DNA of 64,000 nucleotides from Candidatus Shapirobacteria bacterium (GTDB lineage Bacteria; Patescibacteriota; Microgenomatia; UBA12405; JAUWLS01): NCBI GenBank assembly GCA_030613565.1, contig JAUWLS010000002.1, positions 2,321 to 66,320 of the forward strand, read 5' to 3'. Shown piece by piece: positions 54,109 to 64,000 of this stretch (position 1 is its first letter; each line of letters starts with the position of its first letter). The notes under the pieces were generated by a model. It saw only the letters and a program-made list of their open reading frames with translations, ran no database searches and was not told where the DNA came from. The position numbers and the translations under genes were made by a program.

Positions 54109-54969
54109 ATGAAAAAGAAAAAAGAAGAGGGAGGGGGTAAAAAAGTAATGGTCTTTGGATTGGTTGTTTTGGTTTTCTTTTTAATTATTGCTTACTTTAA
54201 AAGCTGGGATGGTAAAAGTGATTTTGTGGTGGCATCTTTGGGAGAGAAAGAGTTACACATTCTTAGTTTTTCTCCAGCTAGAGGGGTGGTTAGTTGGTAT
54301 TTGATTCCGGAGGAAATTAGCCTTTTAGTTCCTGGGGGTTATGGTTGGTATCCAGTGAGTAGTTTAAAGGGTTTAATTGAGCAAGAGAAAAAAGAGAACC
54401 TACTCGAAGACCTTTTGTTTTTAAATTTCGGTTTGGTAGTTAATGACGGAATTTTAGGATCTTTTTCAACTACAGATAAAGTAGGTGATTTGTTGAAGAG
54501 TTCAAAGATGGGGTTAATGGATCGTTTAAAGATTAGATTTTTTACAGATAGAAATTACAATACTGGTTTGAAGAAAATAGAGGGAGGGCTTTTAGAGCTT
54601 GAAGGAGGAAGGGTGGTTGTTGATAAAGATCGATGGTTGGGTAATTGGGTCAGGGATTTAGCAGATGCCCAGTTGGTAGGAGAAGGTTTAGGGGTGGAAA
54701 TTTTAAATGGGGGTGTAGGAGGTGGAGGGGCCTTGAAGGTGGGGAGAATTTTGTCGATGATGGGACTTGATGTGGTTTCAATTGCAAACACGGAGGAGGA
54801 TGAAGGAGATTGTCGAGTGGAGTACAGAAAAGAAGTTTTAGATTCAAGGAGTCTTTTTAAACTAAGAGAAGTTTTGAGTGAGAAGTTGGATTTTGAGGAG
54901 AAAAGTGAATTAGATACGGATTTTTTAATAGTGTTAAAGGAAGGTTGTTTTTTAGATATTGACGAGTAA
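54109..54969 (+). CDS. membrane-anchored protein with LytR_C-like C-terminal domain (hypothetical)
   Basis: N-terminal transmembrane helix; VEILNGGVGGGGALKVGRILSMMGLDV resembles the LytR C-terminal domain. Confidence 0.35.
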   Translation: MKKKKEEGGGKKVMVFGLVVLVFFLIIAYFKSWDGKSDFVVASLGEKELHILSFSPARGVVSWYLIPEEISLLVPGGYGWYPVSSLKGLIEQEKKENLLEDLLFLNFGLVVNDGILGSFSTTDKVGDLLKSSKMGLMDRLKIRFFTDRNYNTGLKKIEGGLLELEGGRVVVDKDRWLGNWVRDLADAQLVGEGLGVEILNGGVGGGGALKVGRILSMMGLDVVSIANTEEDEGDCRVEYRKEVLDSRSLFKLREVLSEKLDFEEKSELDTDFLIVLKEGCFLDIDE

Positions 54970-55022
54970 AAAGGTCGTATTTGGGGTTATATCTTAAGAG
55001 GGGAGTGTTACAATAGAACACG

Positions 55023-55745
55023 ATGTCTGGTCATTCAAAGTGGTCTAATATAAAACATAAAAAAGAGGCGGAAGATAAAAAAAGAGGAGCAATTTTTTCA
55101 AGATTATCGAAGCAAATAATAGCAAGTATTAGGGAGGGAGGGGGACCAGATCCAGCAGCGAATTCCAAACTGAGGACAACAGTCAAAAAAGCTAGAGATG
55201 CAAATATGCCCAATAGTAATATAGAAAGGGCAATAAAATCTTTTAGTGAAAAGGCGGCTTCATTGGAGGAGATTCTTTTGGAGGGTTATGCAGATGTTGG
55301 AGTTGGAGTGATAATAGAGACTTTAACTGATAATAGAAATAGGACATTGTCGGAATTGAAGTTTATGTTTAAAAGTCACGGAGGGGCTTTGGCTGAGTCC
55401 GGATCAGTTCTTTTTCAGTTTGATAGGTTAGGGAGAATTAAGGTCGAGAAAATGGATGAGGAAAAAACTTTGGATTTTATTGAATATGGGGTGGTAGATA
55501 TAGAGGTCAGAAAAAGTGGGTCGGATAGGGGAGTTGTGTTTTGGGTGGAGATTGGAAAGATGGAGGAATTGAGTTTAAAATTAAAGGAAGCGGGATTTTT
55601 AATATTGTCCGCAGAGCAAGTTTATAAAGCAAAAAGTTATGTGGGAGAATTTGGGGAAGAGAGATTTAAAAGAGTGAAAGAACTTACAGAAGAGCTTTCA
55701 GATCATGAAGATGTTGTTTCTGTTTATATGAATTTAAAAAAGTAA
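55023..55745 (+). CDS. yebC: YebC/PmpR-family transcriptional regulator
   Basis: MSGHSKWSNIKHKK...RLSKQIIASIREGGGPDPAAN. Confidence 0.85.
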   Translation: MSGHSKWSNIKHKKEAEDKKRGAIFSRLSKQIIASIREGGGPDPAANSKLRTTVKKARDANMPNSNIERAIKSFSEKAASLEEILLEGYADVGVGVIIETLTDNRNRTLSELKFMFKSHGGALAESGSVLFQFDRLGRIKVEKMDEEKTLDFIEYGVVDIEVRKSGSDRGVVFWVEIGKMEELSLKLKEAGFLILSAEQVYKAKSYVGEFGEERFKRVKELTEELSDHEDVVSVYMNLKK

Positions 55746-56537
55746 ATGAAATTAAGTAAAAGAGGAAAATTCTTGTTAGGATCGGGAATTTTATTTGTTT
55801 TGTTCTGGTTGAACTTAATAGTTCCTTTTGAGTATCGATATATATTCATGTTTGGAGTAACGTTGATTTTGGTTTTAGTTTATTGGTGGGTTTTGGGGGC
55901 TTGGAAATCAACTAAAGTGATGACAAGAGTTTTTCTTTTAATCCTTCCTTTGTTTTTCTTTCTGGGATTTTTAATGTTTGCTTTTTTACTTCCTTTGCGA
56001 TGGTGGATGAAGATTGGAATGGCTTTATTTTTTGCGGCAGTTAATTACGTGATCGTTTTAGTTGAGAACGTGTTTTTGTATGCAGTCGAAAAGAAAACGG
56101 TTCCTTTGTATAGAGCGGCTTACACAGTATCTTTAATTCTTTTATTGCTGTCATCCTTTTTGTTGTTTGATGGTTTGTTTTCATATAGGGCTTTGTTTTG
56201 GGTAAATGGTTTAGTAGTTTTTGCAGTTTCCTTTCTTTTGTTTTGGTATCACTGGTGGACAGTTTCTATCGAGTTGGGTACAGAGTCTTTTAAATTAAAT
56301 AAGACAGCGATTTGGGTACCATCTCTTTTAATGTTGGAGCTGGTGGTGGTTATATCTTTTTGGCCAATGTCTCTGTTTTTAAGATCCTTTTATCTAACAG
56401 CAGTCTTTTATGTAATCGTTGGGGTTTTAAGAATGGATTGGAAGGAGAGACTTTTTAAGAAGGTTAAAATTGAATATTTGTGGGTAGGATTGGGAATTTT
56501 AATGAGTTTGGTTTTAATGTCTCGTTGGAGAGGGTAG
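55746..56537 (+). CDS. polytopic membrane protein (hypothetical)
   Basis: 263 aa, about 7 hydrophobic helices. Confidence 0.4.
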   Translation: MKLSKRGKFLLGSGILFVLFWLNLIVPFEYRYIFMFGVTLILVLVYWWVLGAWKSTKVMTRVFLLILPLFFFLGFLMFAFLLPLRWWMKIGMALFFAAVNYVIVLVENVFLYAVEKKTVPLYRAAYTVSLILLLLSSFLLFDGLFSYRALFWVNGLVVFAVSFLLFWYHWWTVSIELGTESFKLNKTAIWVPSLLMLELVVVISFWPMSLFLRSFYLTAVFYVIVGVLRMDWKERLFKKVKIEYLWVGLGILMSLVLMSRWRG

Positions 56538-57033
56538 GGGGTTTGTTAGTTTACTAAGATCTTTCTTTCGAGTTTTGTCTTTTGGATTTTATTAGGCTGA
56601 GGTTTGTTTTAATTTTTTAGATTTTATTTTCCTTTAGAAAAAAATAAAGGGGTAGACTAAAGGGGGAGCAGGGAAGTTGTCCCATAGTATTTAATATCCT
56701 ATAATCTATATCATTTTCACAAATATTATAGGGAAGTTTCACGAGGGGAGTAAATCTAGCAGTGTAAGAAAAGAACTGCTAGCTAGGTTTAAAAACGTAA
56801 AAACTATGGTAAATAAGGGAATATTTAGTGTACTAGAATGATATAGTTTGTGTAGGTGGACCTCTCTTAGGGAAGAGGGGTACCTTAGGAGGGTTTTGTG
56901 GAAAAGTGGAGGTACCCATAAGAAGAGAGATAATATTTAAATAAAAAAATAAAAAATCTTTTTTATCTGATGATTTTACTTAATTGGTCTACTAGGAAGC
57001 ACTACTCCTCTGAGGGTTGTTTGGAAAAATAGT

Positions 57034-57061
57034 AGGTCGCACAATGTATCTTTTACGACTA
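57034..57061. other. candidate dif-like Xer recombination site (11-6-11)
   Basis: AGGTCGCACAA-TGTATC-TTTTACGACTA: imperfect inverted arms around a 6-nt spacer; left arm/spacer resemble E. coli dif GGTGCGCATAA-TGTATA; lies 550 nt upstream of a Xer-type recombinase gene in a 1-kb noncoding gap. Confidence 0.4.
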
Positions 57062-57613
57062 TACTAAAATTTGTGATAGTGGAGGAGTGCTTTTTATGGT
57101 TTTATTATTTTGAAAATATCGGATTATTTTTTCTTTAAAGAAGAGAGTTTGGTTTTTAAAAAACAACATTCTTCCCCTTAAAGTCAGATCCCTTTGTTTT
57201 TGGTTTTTGTGCCTGGAATCTGGTTTTTGACTTCTCTGAAGGTTAAATAAAGAGGGAGGGAGAAAAAACATGGAAAGATAGGTAAAATATATATGACATC
57301 AAGAGAGGCTCTCTAAACGACTTTTTAATATACTAGGCTATGGTAGTATCAAAAAGTTAAAAGTTGTTTTGGAAGATAGTCCTTAATGATGGGTATTTTC
57401 GAAATTGAAACTTAATCAAGTGATGCATAATTGTAAAGCTCTTCTTATGGTCACCTTTTAGTATTTGTTTTATATTTTTTATAAGTTTTTAGTTGAGGGA
57501 CAAAAATTTCTGTTTATATTGTTTTTTTCTTTATAAGAGAACAAGAGATTGGTTATTTTAGAAAATGTTGTTTCGCTATTTTGAGTGTCGCACAATCTTT
57601 TGTATAATGAGGT

Positions 57614-58618
57614 ATGGATAAAATGGACCTTAGAAGTCTTATTGATCGATTCTTAGAATCTTTGGAGGTTGAGAGAAATGCGTCCCCTCTTACAGTAAGA
57701 AATTACAGACATTACCTTTTAAGATTCTCCTCTTATCTTGCTTCCCTCTCCCCTAGTGGGTCCGTATTGAAAAATTTAAAAAAAGGACAAGAAATTTCAA
57801 ATGAAGGAAAAAATACAAGAGAAAGGAAAGTTTGGATTCAAGAAATAAATATGGAGAGTGTGAGAAAATTTAGGCTTTACTTAGCTCGCCTAGAGGGAAG
57901 GAGTGGAAGTTTGAGTTCAGTTACCCAGGGCTATCATGTAATTGCGATAAGAGCCTTCTTAAAGTGGCTTCGTAAGAATGATGTTTTGGCCATGGATCCG
58001 GAAAAAATAGAAGTTCCGAAAAAGAAAGGAAAGAAAGTTAAGTTTTTAGAAAAGGAGCATGTGGAGCGCTTGCTTAGTCAACCAATTTTATCTACTCCTA
58101 AAGGGCTTCGTGATAAAGCCATGCTTGAGTTTCTGTTTTCAACAGGGCTTCGTGTTTCAGAGTTGGTGGCTTTAAACAGAGACCAGGTAAATTTAAAATC
58201 AAGGGAGATTGGAGTGGTAGGTAAAGGAGGTCGTCCTCGTTTGGTTTTTTTGTCAGATAATGCGATAAAATTCTTGGAAAGATACATGGTAAGTAGAACT
58301 GATCACTTTAAACCGCTTTGGGTAAGGATTTTTAGAACTCCCTCCCCTACTCTTTCGCATGAAGAAGCAAGGTTAAGCGTTAGATCAGTTCAAAGAATAA
58401 TTAAAGGATATGGGAAAAAAGCCAAGCTTCCAATAACGGTTACACCACATATAATGCGGCATTCAATGGCAACGGATCTTTTACGAGGAGGAGCAGATTT
58501 GAGGGCAGTACAGGAGTTTTTAGGGCATAGTAATATTTCAACGACACAGGTCTATACTCACGTAACAGATAGTCATTTGAGAGAGGTTTTTAAAAAAGCT
58601 CACAGTGGAAACAAGTAG
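57614..58618 (+). CDS. tyrosine site-specific recombinase, XerC/XerD family
   Basis: N-terminal SAM-like domain (NYRHYLLRF), catalytic-domain motifs LRVSELVALN, GKGGRPRLVFL, HIMRHSMATDLL, LGHSNISTTQVYTHV (catalytic Tyr). Confidence 0.8.
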   Translation: MDKMDLRSLIDRFLESLEVERNASPLTVRNYRHYLLRFSSYLASLSPSGSVLKNLKKGQEISNEGKNTRERKVWIQEINMESVRKFRLYLARLEGRSGSLSSVTQGYHVIAIRAFLKWLRKNDVLAMDPEKIEVPKKKGKKVKFLEKEHVERLLSQPILSTPKGLRDKAMLEFLFSTGLRVSELVALNRDQVNLKSREIGVVGKGGRPRLVFLSDNAIKFLERYMVSRTDHFKPLWVRIFRTPSPTLSHEEARLSVRSVQRIIKGYGKKAKLPITVTPHIMRHSMATDLLRGGADLRAVQEFLGHSNISTTQVYTHVTDSHLREVFKKAHSGNK

Positions 58619-61264
58619 TTATTTTTTCTTTTGTTTTGTCTCCGGCTTGGTTGATTGCTTTTCTGGATCAAGATCTGGATTTATAAGACTGGCAGCAGTA
58701 CTTACTTGATCACCTTTTTTCTTAAAGCGCATGAGGATTACTCCTTGAGTGTTTCTTTGAAGAGAGGGAATGTTTTTGATGGGAAGTTTAATGATCAAGG
58801 CAGCGCGAGAAGTAACAATAAGTTCTTGGTGGGTTTCATCAACAACTAGAGAGGTGGCTACCATTCCGGTTTTTGCAGTAAGATTGGCTACTTTTACACC
58901 AACCCCACCTCTTTTTTGGAGAGGATAAGAATAAACATTTGATCTTTTGCCTAGACCGTTTTCGGAGATGAAGAGAAGGTCTTTGAATACTTTCCTTCTT
59001 TTATCTTTTGGTTTTTTGAGTTTTTCGGGAACGGTATCCATGTTGATGACGTAATCGTTTTCTTTAAGAAGAATTCCTCTTACTCCCCTAGTGTGGCGTC
59101 CCATTGGTCTGGCATCTGATTCTTTAAAGCGGATACATTTTCCATTTTTAGTGACCAAAAGGATCTGATCTTCGCCGGAAGTTAATTTAACCCAAGCTAG
59201 TTCATCTTCTTTGTCTAGTTTTATGGAAGTTAGACCGGATTGGCGAATGTTTTGGAATTGTTTTAGATTGGTCTTTTTAACCACTCCCCTTTTGGTGGCC
59301 ATAAGGATAAATTTGGCACCGTTATTGTCTTTTTTAATAGGTAAGATGGCTTGAACTCGGTCCCCTGGAGAGATGTTTATGAGATTTATGACTGCTTGAC
59401 CCTTGGCTTGGCGGTTTCCTTCAGGAAGTTCCCAAACACGAATTTTGAAACATTTGCCTTTGTTGGTGAAGAAAAGTAAGTAATCATGGGTATTTACGGA
59501 TAAAAGGTGTTCTATTTGATCGGTTTCTTTAGTGGTCATACCAACCACTCCTTTACCACCTCTTTTTTGAGAACGGTAAGTACCTTTAAGGATTCTTTTG
59601 ATGTATCCGGTTTTGGTTACAGAAACCAATACCTCTTGAGGAGCAATAAGATCTTCTTCAGCAAGTTCTCCTAAAGCATGGACATAAATTTTAGTTCTTC
59701 TTTGGGATTTGTATTTAATCATGATCTCTTCGTTTTCGCTTTTAAGAATAGAAAGCATTTTTTTAGGCTTAGTCAGAATAGAGATTAAGTTTTTAATTAT
59801 TTTTTGGAGGGTTTTGTATTCATTTTCAATTTTTAGCCTTTCGAGAGCAGCCAGTTTTCGAAGTTGCATGTCAAGGATGGCGGTAGCCTGAAGGTCGGAG
59901 AGTTTAAATTTGGTCATTAATTTTTCTCTGGCTACTTCGGCGGTTTTTGAGGCCCTAATGGTTTTAATGACTTCATCTAGATTATCAAGAGCAATCTTTA
60001 ATCCTTCTAGGATGTGAGAGCGAACTTTGGCTTCTTTAAGGTTAAAAATAGCTCTTCTTCTGATGACATCCTGACGGTGGCGCAAAAAGTGAAGAAGGAT
60101 TTGGCGTAAGTTTAGAGTTTGAGGGACACCGCCTGCTAGAGCAACGATATTCGCAGGATAGGAGGTTTGTAGAGGAGTGAATTTATAGAGTTTGTTAAGA
60201 ACAGTCTTGGGACGACCAGCTCTTTTTAATTCAACAACGACTCTTATACCTTCACGATCTGATTCGTCTCGAAGATCACTTATACCAACAATTTTTTTAT
60301 TCTTGGCAAGATCGGCGATTTTTGCAACTAGTCTTGCTTTGTTTACCTGGTATGGGAGCTGAGTGATTATGATTCTCATCTTCCCTCCCCTGGCCTCTTC
60401 GATTTCTGCTTTTCCACGAACGATTATCTTTCCTTTTCCAGTAGCGTAGAGTTCATCTATGGATTGGCGACCGTGGATTTCACCGTAAGTTGGGAAATCT
60501 GGTCCTTTTACGAATTTGGTTAAATCTTGGACCCCAACAGCAGTGTCTAAAGTGAACTGGTACTGAGCGTAAGATTCAACTTCTTTATAAATTTTTTCTT
60601 TGGTGGAGAGATTTTTTTCTTTGGTTTTTCCGAGTTTTTTGATTTCAAAATCTTTCTTTTCCTTAAGTTGGCAGTTTTCTAGGATGTAGTTAACAGCCTG
60701 GCAGAGTTCGGTGAGATTGTGAGGAGGAATTTTGGTGGCCATGCCAACGGCAATTCCGTCAGCTCCGTTTAGAAGTAAATTAGGGACCCTGGCTGGCAAA
60801 ACTGTTGGTTCTTCAAGAGTAGAGTCGAAATTAGTTACGGTTTCAACAGTTTCTTTCCCCATATCCAGAAGTATTTCTTGGCTGAATTTGGCCAAAGCAG
60901 CTTCGGTGTAACGCATAGCAGCTGGAGAGTCACCGTCAATGGATCCAAAGTTTCCTTGACCTTTAATTAAAGGGTAGCGCATTGAAAAATCTTGAGCCAT
61001 ACGGACAAGGGCGTCGTAAACAGCAGTGTCTCCATGAGGGTGGTATTTACCTAGAACTTCTCCGACAATTTTGGCACATTTACTGGGTTTTCCGCCGGGG
61101 GTGAAGCCGGTTTTATGCATGGCGAAAAGAATACGTCGGTGAACAGGTTTTAAGCCATCCCTGACATCTGGGAGAGCACGTTGAACAATAACGCTCATGG
61201 CGTAGTCCATGTAGAACTTTTCCATTACTTTTGTTATTGAGGTGAGTACTATTTTATCGGCCAT
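58619..61264 (-). CDS. gyrA: DNA gyrase subunit A
   Basis: [33 protein letters not shown] (active-site Tyr), C-terminal beta-pinwheel repeats. Confidence 0.9.
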   Translation of the reverse strand: MADKIVLTSITKVMEKFYMDYAMSVIVQRALPDVRDGLKPVHRRILFAMHKTGFTPGGKPSKCAKIVGEVLGKYHPHGDTAVYDALVRMAQDFSMRYPLIKGQGNFGSIDGDSPAAMRYTEAALAKFSQEILLDMGKETVETVTNFDSTLEEPTVLPARVPNLLLNGADGIAVGMATKIPPHNLTELCQAVNYILENCQLKEKKDFEIKKLGKTKEKNLSTKEKIYKEVESYAQYQFTLDTAVGVQDLTKFVKGPDFPTYGEIHGRQSIDELYATGKGKIIVRGKAEIEEARGGKMRIIITQLPYQVNKARLVAKIADLAKNKKIVGISDLRDESDREGIRVVVELKRAGRPKTVLNKLYKFTPLQTSYPANIVALAGGVPQTLNLRQILLHFLRHRQDVIRRRAIFNLKEAKVRSHILEGLKIALDNLDEVIKTIRASKTAEVAREKLMTKFKLSDLQATAILDMQLRKLAALERLKIENEYKTLQKIIKNLISILTKPKKMLSILKSENEEIMIKYKSQRRTKIYVHALGELAEEDLIAPQEVLVSVTKTGYIKRILKGTYRSQKRGGKGVVGMTTKETDQIEHLLSVNTHDYLLFFTNKGKCFKIRVWELPEGNRQAKGQAVINLINISPGDRVQAILPIKKDNNGAKFILMATKRGVVKKTNLKQFQNIRQSGLTSIKLDKEDELAWVKLTSGEDQILLVTKNGKCIRFKESDARPMGRHTRGVRGILLKENDYVINMDTVPEKLKKPKDKRRKVFKDLLFISENGLGKRSNVYSYPLQKRGGVGVKVANLTAKTGMVATSLVVDETHQELIVTSRAALIIKLPIKNIPSLQRNTQGVILMRFKKKGDQVSTAASLINPDLDPEKQSTKPETKQKKK

Positions 61265-61265
61265 A

Positions 61266-63206
<1,941 letters not shown>

Positions 63207-63276
63207 TTAGTTTAACGAAAAAAATTACGGATTTTCATAATCCGTAAGTCCTTTTTTACAAGGCAATTAAAGTGTC

Positions 63277-63840
63277 CTAGTCTTGCTTAAGTATAGAGGA
63301 TTTCTTGCCTAAAGTGAAGGCCTTAATAGCCTCAAAAGAGACCACAGAACCGGCTACTAAAGCATTTAGAGAGCGGTTGATTCCTAGCATGGGAATTTCT
63401 ACTATTTGATCAACATATTTTAATAATTTTTTATCCATTCCAGTGCTTTCATTTCCAATAATAAGGGCGGTGGGAGAAGGATATTTTACTTGATCGTAAG
63501 GTAGGCTGTTTTTGTCCTGTTCTATGGCAATTAAGTGATAGTTTTTTTCTTTTAGTTCTTTTAGACAGTCTTTAGTAGATGGAAAATGTTGCCAAGGGAC
63601 CCATTTCCAAGTACCAACTGAGGCGCGGTGGATTTTAATGTTAGGAGGAGTGACAACGGGTCCACAAAGATAGATTTTTTCAGCAGCCAGGGCATCGGCC
63701 AGTCTAAAAAATGAACCAATGTTAAAAGTGTCTTGGACGTTATCTAAAACCAGAACTAGAGGTTGACGCTTGATTTTTTCAAGGTCTTTGATGACTGGTT
63801 TTGAAAGTCGCAGTTTTTTGGCGTTTAATTTTTTTGGCAT
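63277..63840 (-). CDS. SpoU/TrmH-family RNA 2'-O-methyltransferase
   Basis: VLVLDNVQDTFNIGSFFRLADA, LIIGNESTGM, IPMLGINRSLNALVAGSVV (SPOUT knot motifs). Confidence 0.7.
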   Translation of the reverse strand: MPKKLNAKKLRLSKPVIKDLEKIKRQPLVLVLDNVQDTFNIGSFFRLADALAAEKIYLCGPVVTPPNIKIHRASVGTWKWVPWQHFPSTKDCLKELKEKNYHLIAIEQDKNSLPYDQVKYPSPTALIIGNESTGMDKKLLKYVDQIVEIPMLGINRSLNALVAGSVVSFEAIKAFTLGKKSSILKQD

Positions 63841-64000
63841 GTTTTAGCAACCCCCCTGATTTACAGTAGCTTTTGTTTCAAGTTCTGTCTTACACTCCTT
63901 TGGTTGTTTTTTGAATGAGGCGCAGACGGCTTGTTTCAGAACTTCAGGACTGCGGAATTGGTCTTGAGTAAAAACCTTTTTGTTTATACTGATTTTTCCA

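Noticed and set aside
56538-57613. tmRNA, RNase P RNA or SRP RNA in the 1-kb noncoding gap
   Set aside because: No tRNA-like 3' end (TTCGA.TCC...CCA), no GGAAAGTCCGG (RNase P P4) and no SRP domain-IV motif were seen by eye. An unrecognised ncRNA cannot be excluded without covariance-model search.

Overview
This 64-kb window is a gene-dense, low-GC bacterial chromosome segment whose proteins are lysine-rich (long A-runs, K-rich tails on ribosomal proteins); TGA is used as a stop (e.g. the rpsB stop, 25583-25585). Gene content and compaction (mreB next to mrdA without mreCD, no pyrH in the rpsB-tsf-frr block, short dnaX and tsf, an O-antigen-ligase/TPR membrane protein, many small hypothetical proteins) suggest a small-genome Patescibacteria/CPR-like organism; this is inference. 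No rRNA genes or CRISPR arrays were seen. Housekeeping content includes five tRNAs (Thr x2, Ser, His, Leu), fmt/def head-to-head, bL28, mreB-mrdA, topA, rpsB-tsf-[TA]-frr-rseP, bS21-yqeY-ybeY, dnaX-ybaB-recR, cysS, rpsF-ssb-rpsR, ctpA, htrA, an N-terminally truncated RF1, rpmE, hisS, dnaB, dksA-family/lspA/rluD, yebC, a Xer-type recombinase and gyrB-gyrA.

Accessory and unusual content:
(i) A tandem pair of arginine-rich ~210-aa paralogs with duplicated upstream leaders, divergent from an acidic 401-aa protein (10.6-13.2 kb). Both differ in composition from the host.
(ii) Two RHH-PIN (VapBC-like) toxin-antitoxin modules; one has a textbook sigma70 promoter giving a leaderless antitoxin.
(iii) A visibly GC-rich island (about 18.6-24.7 kb) next to a VirD4/HerA-like P-loop ATPase. 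It carries an M23-peptidase/transmembrane/lytic-transglycosylase protein and three hypothetical proteins.
(iv) A cell-surface cluster (29.1-35.9 kb): a GH-A glycoside hydrolase, a Cys-rich repeat protein with dockerin-like modules, a cohesin-like LPXTG protein and an FN3-dockerin protein.
(v) A dif-like 28-bp site inside a ~1-kb noncoding gap upstream of the Xer recombinase.
(vi) Two small basic ORFs separated by a single in-frame TAA.
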